Of a DNA stretch of 64,000 nt, positions 39,694 through 47,421 are shown piece after piece (the first letter of the stretch is position 1; each line of letters begins with the position of its first letter). Position numbers and translations under genes: made by a program. Origin of the DNA: Burkholderiales bacterium. Lineage in GTDB: Bacteria > Pseudomonadota > Gammaproteobacteria > Burkholderiales > JBDZVW01. The notes beneath the pieces are model-generated. The model saw only the letters and a program-made list of their open reading frames with translations. It was not told where the DNA came from and did not search any database. The stretch covers positions 4 through 64,003 of the forward strand of contig DASSON010000187.1 of the NCBI GenBank assembly GCA_035700525.1. Direction: 5' to 3'.

Positions 39694-39854
39694 ACCGCAG
39701 AGACACAGAGATAACGCAGAAAAAAGCGATAACCGCAAAGGCGCGAAGGCGCAAAGGGACGCAAAGGAAAACCGGATCAGAAGTTCTTTGCGGCTTTTCT
39801 TTGCGCCTTCGCGCCTTTGCGGTGAAGGTTTTTTAGTTCTTCCTGCCGCTGTGG
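39694..39854. repeat. long palindromic intergenic element, family 2 (copy E) between convergent nadB and the osmoprotectant transporter
   Basis: 25-bp perfect inverted repeat ACCGCAAAGGCGCGAAGGCGCAAAG (39732..39756) / CTTTGCGCCTTCGCGCCTTTGCGGT (39799..39823), plus inner CGCAAAG/CTTTGCG pairing. Flanked by an A-tract on the left and TTTTTT on the right. The left end CCGCAGAGACACAGAG is homologous to copy C. Confidence 0.85.
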
Positions 39855-41375
39855 TCAGGCTTTCTCGCCCACGGTATCAGCCCGCAATCCCTCCGAAATC
39901 AACCATCGGTCGAGCAGCCCGAACACCCCCTGCACCACCAGCGCCATCACCGCAGCCGGAATGGCGCCCGCCAGCAGCATCCGGTTGTCGTTGACCGCCA
40001 GTCCCGCCGCGATGCGCTCGCCATAGCCGCCGGCACCGATGAACGCGGCGATGGTCGCGGTGCCGACGTTGATCACTGCGGACGTCTTGATCCCGGCCAG
40101 TATCGAGCGTGCCGCCAGCGGCAGCTCGATCAGCCGCAGCCGCGCCGCCGCCGGCAGCCCGAGCGCACGTGCCGATTCCTGCAGCGATGGGGCGATGTCG
40201 GCGAGTCCGGTGCAGGTGTTGCGCACGATCGGCAGCAGCGCGTAAAGAAACAGCGCGATCACCGCCGGCACCGTGCCGATACGGTGCGTCACCGGGATCA
40301 GGAACGCCAGCAGCGCCAGCGCCGGAATGGTCTGCAGCACGCCGGCGGCCGGCAACACCCAGCGCCCGGCCATCGGGCTTTTCGCGGCCCATATGCCGAG
40401 CGGCATGCCGATCGCGATGCTCAATGCCAGCGACACGAACACCAGCATCAGGTGCTGTAGCGTCAGTTGCCAGAAATTGCCGCCGAACAGCAGCGTGAGG
40501 AACGGCGTGCGCCGCGGCGTCGGAGCTGTCGCATGATGTTCGCGGGTCCGCACGAACGAGGCGGCAATCTTTTCGAATGACTGGCCGTGCAGCTCCGCGG
40601 CGGCATTCATCGCGATCATCTGCTGCGCGTCAATGCTGCCGGCGAGCTTCTGCAGCGCCGCCCAGGTCTTCGGAAAGCGCCGCGGCACGTTCAGACGGTA
40701 GAGCAGCACCGCATCGTACGACGGGAAGAAATGCCGATCGTCGGCCAGCACCCGCAGATGATATTTTTCGATCTGCGGATCGGTCGAGTAGCTGTCGATC
40801 ACATCGACATCGCCGGCTGCCACCGCGGCGTAGGCCAGCCCGTGATCGAGTCCCGCCGGCGAGAACGGCAGATGGTACGCGGCTTTCAGCGCCGGCCAGC
40901 CGTCGCGGCGGTTCATGAATTCCTGCGACAGCCCGAATTTCAGATCTGGATGCGCGGCAAGATCCGAAATCGAACGAATGCCGAGTGCCGCGGCCTTTTG
41001 GGCGGACATCGCCAGCGCGTAGTTGTCACTGAAGCCGAACGGAACCGCAACGCCCAGTGCCAGCGGCGCCAGCGCCCGCTTGAGGTCATCGATGGTGGGC
41101 TGTGCCTTGCCCTTCAGCAACTCCAGCGCGATGGTGCCGGTATATTCCGGATACAGATCAATGGCACCGTTGCGCAGCGCCGCGAACACGATGCCGGTAT
41201 TGCCAAGCCCCGGCCGGTACACCACTTTCGCCTCACCGGCATCGCGCGCGACCTGCGTAATGATCGCGCCCAGCACGTACGATTCGGTGAAACGCTTGGA
41301 ACCGATCGTCAGCGTGTCCTGTGCAAAGCACAGCGCGGGCAGCGTGGCGATCAGTATTGCAAGCACGCGGATCAA
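39855..41375 (-). CDS. osmoprotectant (glycine betaine/choline type) ABC transporter, fused substrate-binding and permease protein
   Basis: 506 aa. N-terminal signal plus OpuBC-like domain (TLTIGSKRFTESYVLG, DLYPEYTGT). C-terminal multi-TM permease half. Confidence 0.8.
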   Translation of the reverse strand: MIRVLAILIATLPALCFAQDTLTIGSKRFTESYVLGAIITQVARDAGEAKVVYRPGLGNTGIVFAALRNGAIDLYPEYTGTIALELLKGKAQPTIDDLKRALAPLALGVAVPFGFSDNYALAMSAQKAAALGIRSISDLAAHPDLKFGLSQEFMNRRDGWPALKAAYHLPFSPAGLDHGLAYAAVAAGDVDVIDSYSTDPQIEKYHLRVLADDRHFFPSYDAVLLYRLNVPRRFPKTWAALQKLAGSIDAQQMIAMNAAAELHGQSFEKIAASFVRTREHHATAPTPRRTPFLTLLFGGNFWQLTLQHLMLVFVSLALSIAIGMPLGIWAAKSPMAGRWVLPAAGVLQTIPALALLAFLIPVTHRIGTVPAVIALFLYALLPIVRNTCTGLADIAPSLQESARALGLPAAARLRLIELPLAARSILAGIKTSAVINVGTATIAAFIGAGGYGERIAAGLAVNDNRMLLAGAIPAAVMALVVQGVFGLLDRWLISEGLRADTVGEKA

Positions 41376-42115
41376 TGCGCGGTCTCCGGTGGCAGCCCGC
41401 GTTGCGCACGCACGAATTGCGTTACGTACGGATCCGCCGGGCGCTCGAGAAAATCGTCAACGCTGCCCTGTTGCACCACTTTTCCGCCGCGCAACAACAC
41501 CAGCGAATCGCTGAAATAGGCAGCTTCTCCGACATCGTGCGTGACCAGCACGACGGTCTTGCCGAGCGTCGCGAAGATCGTTTTCAATTCCTGCTGCAGG
41601 CCGAACCGCGTGACCGGATCGAGCGCACCGAGCGGCTCATCGAGCAGCAGCACATCGGGATCCAGCATCAGCGCGCGCATCAGCCCCACGCGCTGACGCT
41701 GACCGCCGGACAGCTGCCGCGGATAGTGGCGCAACGTTGCCAGCGACAAATGAACCAGCTCCGCCAGCGCCGCAACTCTGCCGCCGACCCACTCCGGATC
41801 GCGGCGCAGATGACGTGCGAGCAATGTGACATTCGCCTCCGCAGTCAGATGCGGAAACAATCCGCCATCCTGGATCACGTAACCGACGCGATGGCGTATC
41901 TCATCGCGATTGGAATGATCGAGCGCCACACCATCGAACAGCGCCGTTCCGCTATCGGGAACGATCAATCCCAGCAGCAGTCGCAACAGCGTCGATTTGC
42001 CGCTGCCGCTCTCGCCGATCAGCGCGGTGGTTTGCCGCGCCGGAAAATGCAATGTGAGCGGCGCCAGTGCAACATGATTGCCGTAGGTTTTCGAAACATT
42101 TTCAAGGGCGATCAT
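41372..42115 (-). CDS. ABC transporter ATP-binding protein partner of the osmoprotectant system
   Basis: Inside ORF 41372..42184. ATG at 42115 (MIALENVSKTYG). [25 protein letters not shown]. 4-nt overlap with the downstream gene. Confidence 0.85.
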   Translation of the reverse strand: MIALENVSKTYGNHVALAPLTLHFPARQTTALIGESGSGKSTLLRLLLGLIVPDSGTALFDGVALDHSNRDEIRHRVGYVIQDGGLFPHLTAEANVTLLARHLRRDPEWVGGRVAALAELVHLSLATLRHYPRQLSGGQRQRVGLMRALMLDPDVLLLDEPLGALDPVTRFGLQQELKTIFATLGKTVVLVTHDVGEAAYFSDSLVLLRGGKVVQQGSVDDFLERPADPYVTQFVRAQRGLPPETAH

Positions 42116-42220
42116 CGGGAGAAGGCATGCGGGCCGGGAATAGCGTATCGCGCGATTATCAGATGATGCAGCATGGCGCCGCAACTTTCACGACAGCCGC
42201 CATGATGTGCTCAGGTTTTT

Positions 42221-42242
42221 CCCCTCCTCGCATGAGGAGGGG
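42221..42242. repeat. perfect 9-bp hairpin built from anti-SD-like and SD-like words
   Basis: CCCCTCCTC-gcat-GAGGAGGGG, preceded by TTTTT on the + strand. Confidence 0.7.
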
Positions 42243-42679
42243 TGGACGCGCAGCGGACGGGGTGGTGAACGGCGCCGGAAAAACTGACCATCCCTTCTGC
42301 GTCGCTTCGACTTGCCGCAGCCTCCGCTCGACTTCGCGAGCGTTTTAAACCTCGTTGTCGGCCGCTTGCGCATCTACGCGGTAGTGCCTCGAAGCGTCGG
42401 CCGAGGGGCCCCGAAGGGGATCGGCCAGCGTAGAGGGCACGACCGCGCCACGAGGCATCGCATCCCGCTTCAGGGTCGCACCCGCTACGCGGGCTCCTGC
42501 TCCGCCTTGCGCGGTCTTACCCCGCCTTCGGCGTGGCCCCTGCTCCTCGCTCCGACTTGCCGCGGCCCCTGCTCTACTTCCCGAGCGTTTTAAACCTCGT
42601 TGTCGGCCGCTTGCGCATCTACGCGGTCGCACCCCGCCTGCGGCGTGGCTCCTGCTCCTCGCTCCGATGCGCGTCCACC
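42241..42679. repeat. repeat region bounded by 17-bp inverted repeats (MITE-like candidate) with internal 79-nt direct repeats
   Basis: GGTGGACGCGCAGCGGA (42241..42257) versus TCCGATGCGCGTCCACC (42663..42679) match 16/17 as reverse complements. Direct repeats 42303..42381 and 42548..42626 have their last 45 nt identical. A 37-nt motif recurs at 42519..42555 and 42631..42667. Central hairpin at 42384..42440. Confidence 0.6.
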
Positions 42680-45600
42680 GCCTTCCTTTGCTGCAGATGC
42701 TTGAGGCAGCGATCGATCCATTGTTCGGTGAGTTTTTCCTGCACGGCGTTCTGGCGCAGACGCTGGTTGAGCGCTTCGAAGTCCACCCGGTCCAGCGGCT
42801 GGTCCTGATTGAAGCAGGAGAACACGTAACTGGTCTCGCCGGTTTGCGGATCGATCTGCGGCTGCAGGCACTGGGCGCAGATCTCCTTCATCATGCACTG
42901 CATCGGCGAGTTGATCGAGCCGATCGCAAAATGATGCGGCTTCAAGTACGGTTCGAGCACGTTGTGGCGCGCGCTGGCCACCGCCGCCATCATGCGATCC
43001 GAGCCGATCGCAATGATGCGATCAACGCTGTTGAACGCGATCGGTTGCGCACTCAGCTCACCGTTCGCATACGCGCGCATCGCCGCAACGATGTTGCCGA
43101 CAAACGTGCGGTCCTGTGCCCGATCCGGCACGAACCCCGGTGCTTCGTCACAGCACCACACCACCGCGTCGGCTGCCGCCTCGATGTCGGCGGCCTTGTA
43201 GCGGTCGATCACTTTGCGATAGCCGGCGAAGTAGAGTACTTTGCTTCCGGCGCGGCGCAGCGCCGCGCCAATCGAGAACAGCACCGCGTTGCCCAGCCCG
43301 CCTCCGGCCAGCAGCACGGTTTCGTCGGCCGGAATTTCGGTCGGGCTGCCGGTCGGCCCCATCAGCACCACCGGCTCGCCCGGATCGAGCAACGCACATA
43401 GATCGCTCGAGCCGCCCATCTCCAGCACGATCGTCGAAATCAGCCCCTTGTCGGCATCCACCCAGGCACCAGTCAACGCCAGCCCCTCCATCGCCAGCCG
43501 CGTGCCCTCGCACTCGCGTGCGCGGGTCTCGTAGTTTTGCAGCCGGTAGAATTGCCCGGGCCGGAAGCGGCGCGCTGCCGCCGGCGCTTCGATCACCACT
43601 TCGACGATGGTCGGTGTAAGCCGCACCACTTCATGCACGCGGGCACGGTATTCATGGTTGAGCGTGGCAAAGAACGCCGCATCGTTCGCCGCGGAGGCCG
43701 GCTGCACCTGTTGCAGCACGCGGTTGACCGTTTCCTTGCCCTGGCGGGCGCTGCCCATCGCTTTGACCACGTTGCCGAAATACGACGGATGCACGTCGCC
43801 GAAATAGCTGATGTAGCGCCCATCATCATTACGTGAGAGCAGCACCTGGATTTCTGCCGGTTTTGAAATCGCGTATTCGGCCGCCACCGATTCGCCCGTT
43901 TCATCACACGCCTGGAAATAGCGCCCGTCGAGCCTGAAGTGGGCCGCGTCTTCGCGCGCCAGCACGGTGTTGGGCTGCGTGCCGGCAGCTATCAGGATCG
44001 CGCGCGCCGGCAGTTCCACCTCACCCGTCACCGACCAGGCGCCATCGTCGCCGCGACGCTGGCGCGTCATGCGGATTGCCCGAGCATGGCCAGCGGCGTC
44101 GACTTCGACCTGCTTCGGATTGAGCCCTTCGGCAAACCAGATGCCTTCTTCGAGCGCCTTTTGCACTTCCTCGTGATTGAGCGTGTACGAGGGGCTGTCC
44201 GTCAGGCGCTTGCGGTAGGCAATCGTCACGCCCCCCCAGCGTTGCAGCAGCTCGCGGATGCGTGGCGCGCGCCCTTCGCGTCTCGCCACTGCGCGCTCGG
44301 CGCGGATCGCGCGCGCGTGACTGATAAATTCGTCGGCAATGTCTGCCTCTTCCGACGTGTACGAGGCGCGTACCGCGGCTTCGCCGCGCTCGGCAGCCAG
44401 TGTTTCGTAGCGCCGCAGAAACTTCTCGACCTGCACCGGGTAGTAGGCGAGCGCCTCGGTCGCGGTGTCGATGGCAGTCAAGCCCCCGCCGATCACCACC
44501 ACCGGCAGGCGCAGCTGCATGTTGGCGATCGACTCGTTCTTCGCCGCGCCGGTGAGCTGCAGCGCCATCAGGAAGTCGGAGGCGGCGCGCACCCCGCGCG
44601 CAAAGCCGTTCGGCATGTCGATCATTGTCGGACGCCCCGCGCCCACCGCCAGCGCAATGTGGTCGAAGCCTGCGTCAAATGCTTCTTCCACTGTCAGCGT
44701 GCCGCCGAAGCGCACACCGCCCAGCAGCAGGAACTGCGCACGGCGTTCCAGCATCAATCGGATGAGCTTCAGGAAGTTCTTGTCCCAACGCACGGTGATG
44801 CCATATTCGGCAACGCCGCCAAAGCCCGCCATGATGCGATCGTCGAGCCGCTCGTAGATGTCGGTTATGTTGCGAATGGGTTCGAATGCCACCCGCTCGC
44901 CGCCGGCCGTGATGCCGGAAAGCGCTTCGGGCAGCGGCTCTATCTTCAGTCCGTCGACGCCGACCACGCTGTGTCCGGCGTTCATCAGGTAGTGGGCCAG
45001 GGTATAGCCGGCCGGGCCCATGCCGGCCACCAGCACCCGTTTGCCACTCGCCTGCCGCGGGTAGGGCGTGCGCAGGTTCAGCGGATTCCAGCGCGTGAGC
45101 AGGCTGTAGATCTCGAACCCCCACGGCAACTCCAGCACGTCCTTCAGCGTACGGGTCTCGGCCTGCGGGATGTCGACCGGCTCCTGCTTCTGATAGATGC
45201 ACGCCTTCATGCAGTCGTTGCAGATGCGATGTCCGGTGCCGGCCACCATCGGGTTGTCGATGACGATCATCGCCAGCGCCCCGACCGCCACGCCGGCGCT
45301 TTTGAGCTTGTGGAATTCCGAAATGCGCTCTTCCAGCGGACAGCCCGCGAGCGTGATGCCGAGCGCGCTCTTCTTGTACGCCGCGGCGCCGCTCTCCGCG
45401 GCAGCCTTGCGCTCCTTCAGCCCCTTCGAACAAGAGTCCCTGCCCTGCTCGTGACACCAGATGCAGTAGTTGGCCTGATCGAGCGCGCCCGTGAGGTCGG
45501 TGCCAAGGTCGGTCAACCCAAAACCTTCGCGCCGGCGCAGGTGCGTGGCTTCCAGCGTGTAGCGGCCGAAACCGTCGACCTTCTCTTCGATCACCGGCAC

Positions 45601-46182
45601 CAGATGAAACGGATCCAGTTTCGCCGGCGCCTTGAACAGCACGCCGGTGCGATTGCGTTCGCGGCCCGCCGGCGTATGCGCTGCCCAGGCAGCGTAACGC
45701 AGTGCCACGTCGAGCGCTTCGGCGTGTGCCGCTTCATCCTGCTGCCACGCCGCCACGTGGCGTGCGAATTCCAGTTCGCTGAAAACACCGCCGAAGCGCG
45801 CTGCAAGCTCCCGCTCCAGCGCCCCCCCGTCAAACGTCTGCGCTTCTTCCGCCTTGTACTGGTGCATCGCCTTGCGCTGCACGAACTGGCGTTTGCAACC
45901 ATACAGCGGCGCCAGCTCGTGGTGGCGTGCCGCCAGCGCCCCCACTTCGGCTTCGATGCCGAACAGCCGCGCCACGAAATCCTCTGCGTGCGGCGCCACT
46001 TCGATCAGCAATTCCGATTCGGCCCTGGCCTCCAGCGCCTCCGGCGTCGCACGTGCCGCAATCAGACGTTCCGCCAGCGCCCTGTCACCGTCCGCCAGAA
46101 ACGCCAGAAATGCGGCGTCCAGACGGAAAAGCCCCGCCGAATCGTACAAATCCTGTATTGAAAAACCGTTCGCGAAGCTCAA
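42619..46182 (-). CDS. large fused iron-sulfur flavoprotein: unknown N-terminal domain + GltD/NfnB/SudA-like module + PyrK/NfnA/SudB-like module
   Basis: 1187 aa. Cys clusters CIWCHEQGRDSC, CPLEE, CNDCMKAC. Two dinucleotide folds (VLVAGMGPAGYT, VVVIGGGLTAIDTA). FNR-like RFRPGQFYRLQ. C-terminal Cys cluster CMMKEICAQC...SCF. TTG start at 46182 is uncertain. The last ~17 codons derive from the repeat at 42619..42679. Confidence 0.75.
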   Translation of the reverse strand: MSFANGFSIQDLYDSAGLFRLDAAFLAFLADGDRALAERLIAARATPEALEARAESELLIEVAPHAEDFVARLFGIEAEVGALAARHHELAPLYGCKRQFVQRKAMHQYKAEEAQTFDGGALERELAARFGGVFSELEFARHVAAWQQDEAAHAEALDVALRYAAWAAHTPAGRERNRTGVLFKAPAKLDPFHLVPVIEEKVDGFGRYTLEATHLRRREGFGLTDLGTDLTGALDQANYCIWCHEQGRDSCSKGLKERKAAAESGAAAYKKSALGITLAGCPLEERISEFHKLKSAGVAVGALAMIVIDNPMVAGTGHRICNDCMKACIYQKQEPVDIPQAETRTLKDVLELPWGFEIYSLLTRWNPLNLRTPYPRQASGKRVLVAGMGPAGYTLAHYLMNAGHSVVGVDGLKIEPLPEALSGITAGGERVAFEPIRNITDIYERLDDRIMAGFGGVAEYGITVRWDKNFLKLIRLMLERRAQFLLLGGVRFGGTLTVEEAFDAGFDHIALAVGAGRPTMIDMPNGFARGVRAASDFLMALQLTGAAKNESIANMQLRLPVVVIGGGLTAIDTATEALAYYPVQVEKFLRRYETLAAERGEAAVRASYTSEEADIADEFISHARAIRAERAVARREGRAPRIRELLQRWGGVTIAYRKRLTDSPSYTLNHEEVQKALEEGIWFAEGLNPKQVEVDAAGHARAIRMTRQRRGDDGAWSVTGEVELPARAILIAAGTQPNTVLAREDAAHFRLDGRYFQACDETGESVAAEYAISKPAEIQVLLSRNDDGRYISYFGDVHPSYFGNVVKAMGSARQGKETVNRVLQQVQPASAANDAAFFATLNHEYRARVHEVVRLTPTIVEVVIEAPAAARRFRPGQFYRLQNYETRARECEGTRLAMEGLALTGAWVDADKGLISTIVLEMGGSSDLCALLDPGEPVVLMGPTGSPTEIPADETVLLAGGGLGNAVLFSIGAALRRAGSKVLYFAGYRKVIDRYKAADIEAAADAVVWCCDEAPGFVPDRAQDRTFVGNIVAAMRAYANGELSAQPIAFNSVDRIIAIGSDRMMAAVASARHNVLEPYLKPHHFAIGSINSPMQCMMKEICAQCLQPQIDPQTGETSYVFSCFNQDQPLDRVDFEALNQRLRQNAVQEKLTEQWIDRCLKHLQQRKAVDAHRSEEQEPRRRRGATA

Positions 46183-46289
46183 AGCGAAGTCATTTCCTCA
46201 ATAATTCAATGATTCAATACCTTGAATTATAACCCGCGCCGTCCCGGCGCCATGGTGAAGACGACCTTTATCGGAATTACCGATCGCGA

Positions 46290-46655
46290 CTACGTTTCAT
46301 CTGCGGCAGCAGTCGTATCCTTCCCGGATTTCTCCGCCTCATTCTCCATTCGGTCGCGAAAGAGTGCTGCCCGTACCAGCAGCATCAGCGCCACGGGCGT
46401 CGTCACGGTAATAAAAATGGCAATCAGCACCGCCTGCACCAGCAGCCGGCTTTCCGCCATGGAGAAGAAAATGCACGACGCCACCACGATGCTTGCCACG
46501 CCGAATGTCGTGCCCAGCGTTGGCGCATGCACCCTTTCATAGAAGGTCTTGAGTCGCAGCAACCCTATCGCACCGACCAGCGTGAATCCGGTCCCGACCA
46601 AAACGAGAATCGATACGAGCAAAGCGGCCCAACCGGGCAATTCCGTTGTGGCCAT
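46290..46655 (-). CDS. mrpG: Mrp/Pha-type cation:proton antiporter subunit G
   Basis: Inside ORF 46290..46964. ATG at 46655. 121 aa with three TM segments and RLKTFYERVHAPT. Last gene of the operon. Confidence 0.85.
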   Translation of the reverse strand: MATTELPGWAALLVSILVLVGTGFTLVGAIGLLRLKTFYERVHAPTLGTTFGVASIVVASCIFFSMAESRLLVQAVLIAIFITVTTPVALMLLVRAALFRDRMENEAEKSGKDTTAAADET

Positions 46656-46936
46656 CACTCGATCACCTCTCCGCGCATCAGGAATTTGGCAAGGGCTGCG
46701 GTTCCGATGAAGCCCAGCAGAGCGATAACGAGCGCTGCCTCGAAGTAAGCTCCATTGCCGGAACGCATGCCAAAGAGCAGGATCAGAAGCATGCCGTTCA
46801 GATAGGCCGTATCGAATCCGAGCACCCGGTCCTGCGCGCGCGGCCCCCGCAGCATTCTGAATGTCGCGCACAGCAGCGCCAGCGACACAAAAATCTGACC
46901 GATAATCAGGGAGCCATTCAAGACCGTCATGATCAT
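46655..46936 (-). CDS. mrpF: Mrp/Pha-type antiporter subunit F
   Basis: Inside ORF 46655..46960. ATG at 46936 forms an ATGA overlap with the mrpE stop. MLRGPRAQDRVLGFD motif. Confidence 0.8.
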   Translation of the reverse strand: MIMTVLNGSLIIGQIFVSLALLCATFRMLRGPRAQDRVLGFDTAYLNGMLLILLFGMRSGNGAYFEAALVIALLGFIGTAALAKFLMRGEVIE

Positions 46937-47421
46937 CCGAATATCTCCTGCAACCGCCATTCATAACGGCCCTTGATGGTGTCGATCCATGCCTGCCGGT
47001 CCACCAGATCGAGAACGTGGATGGTCAGCAGTCCCGTCGCGGAATTGAAATCCACCCATAGCGTTCCCGGTGTGGCAGTAATGATGCACGCGAGAACCGC
47101 CAGCCCATACGGATTGCGCAGTTCGAGGGGAATTTCGACAAAGCCGGACGGAGATTTGCGCAGACCCGGGCTGAAGATTATCCGCGCGACGGCGAGGTTG
47201 GATCGCACGATATCGGCCGCTACCAGGACGACAAGCCGGATAATGACGCCGGGATGCCGGACGACAACTCTATCCTCGCGCAACACCGCCAGGATCCAGG
47301 AAAGGCATAATGCCAGCACACTTCCGAACAGAATGTGGCCCGGAGCCAATGTCTGGTTGAGCAGCAGCCACATTGCCAGCAGCAGGACGAACACGAGCGG
47401 AAACGGCAGCCAGCGCGTCAT
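46933..47421 (-). CDS. mrpE: Mrp/Pha-type antiporter subunit E
   Basis: 162 aa in an operon position and size consistent with MrpE/MnhE. Overlaps the mrpD stop. Confidence 0.8.
   Translation of the reverse strand: MTRWLPFPLVFVLLLAMWLLLNQTLAPGHILFGSVLALCLSWILAVLREDRVVVRHPGVIIRLVVLVAADIVRSNLAVARIIFSPGLRKSPSGFVEIPLELRNPYGLAVLACIITATPGTLWVDFNSATGLLTIHVLDLVDRQAWIDTIKGRYEWRLQEIFG

Noticed and set aside
42303-42626. Possible CRISPR array, because of identical 45-nt segments separated by a unique spacer.
   Set aside because: There are only two copies. The repeat unit is 79 nt, the spacer is about 166 nt and itself contains other repeats, and there are no cas genes in the window.
46196-46235. Fur box interpretation of the AT-rich palindrome upstream of the Fe-S flavoprotein gene.
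   Set aside because: Alignment to GATAATGATAATCATTATC gives too many mismatches. I kept it only as an unassigned palindrome.
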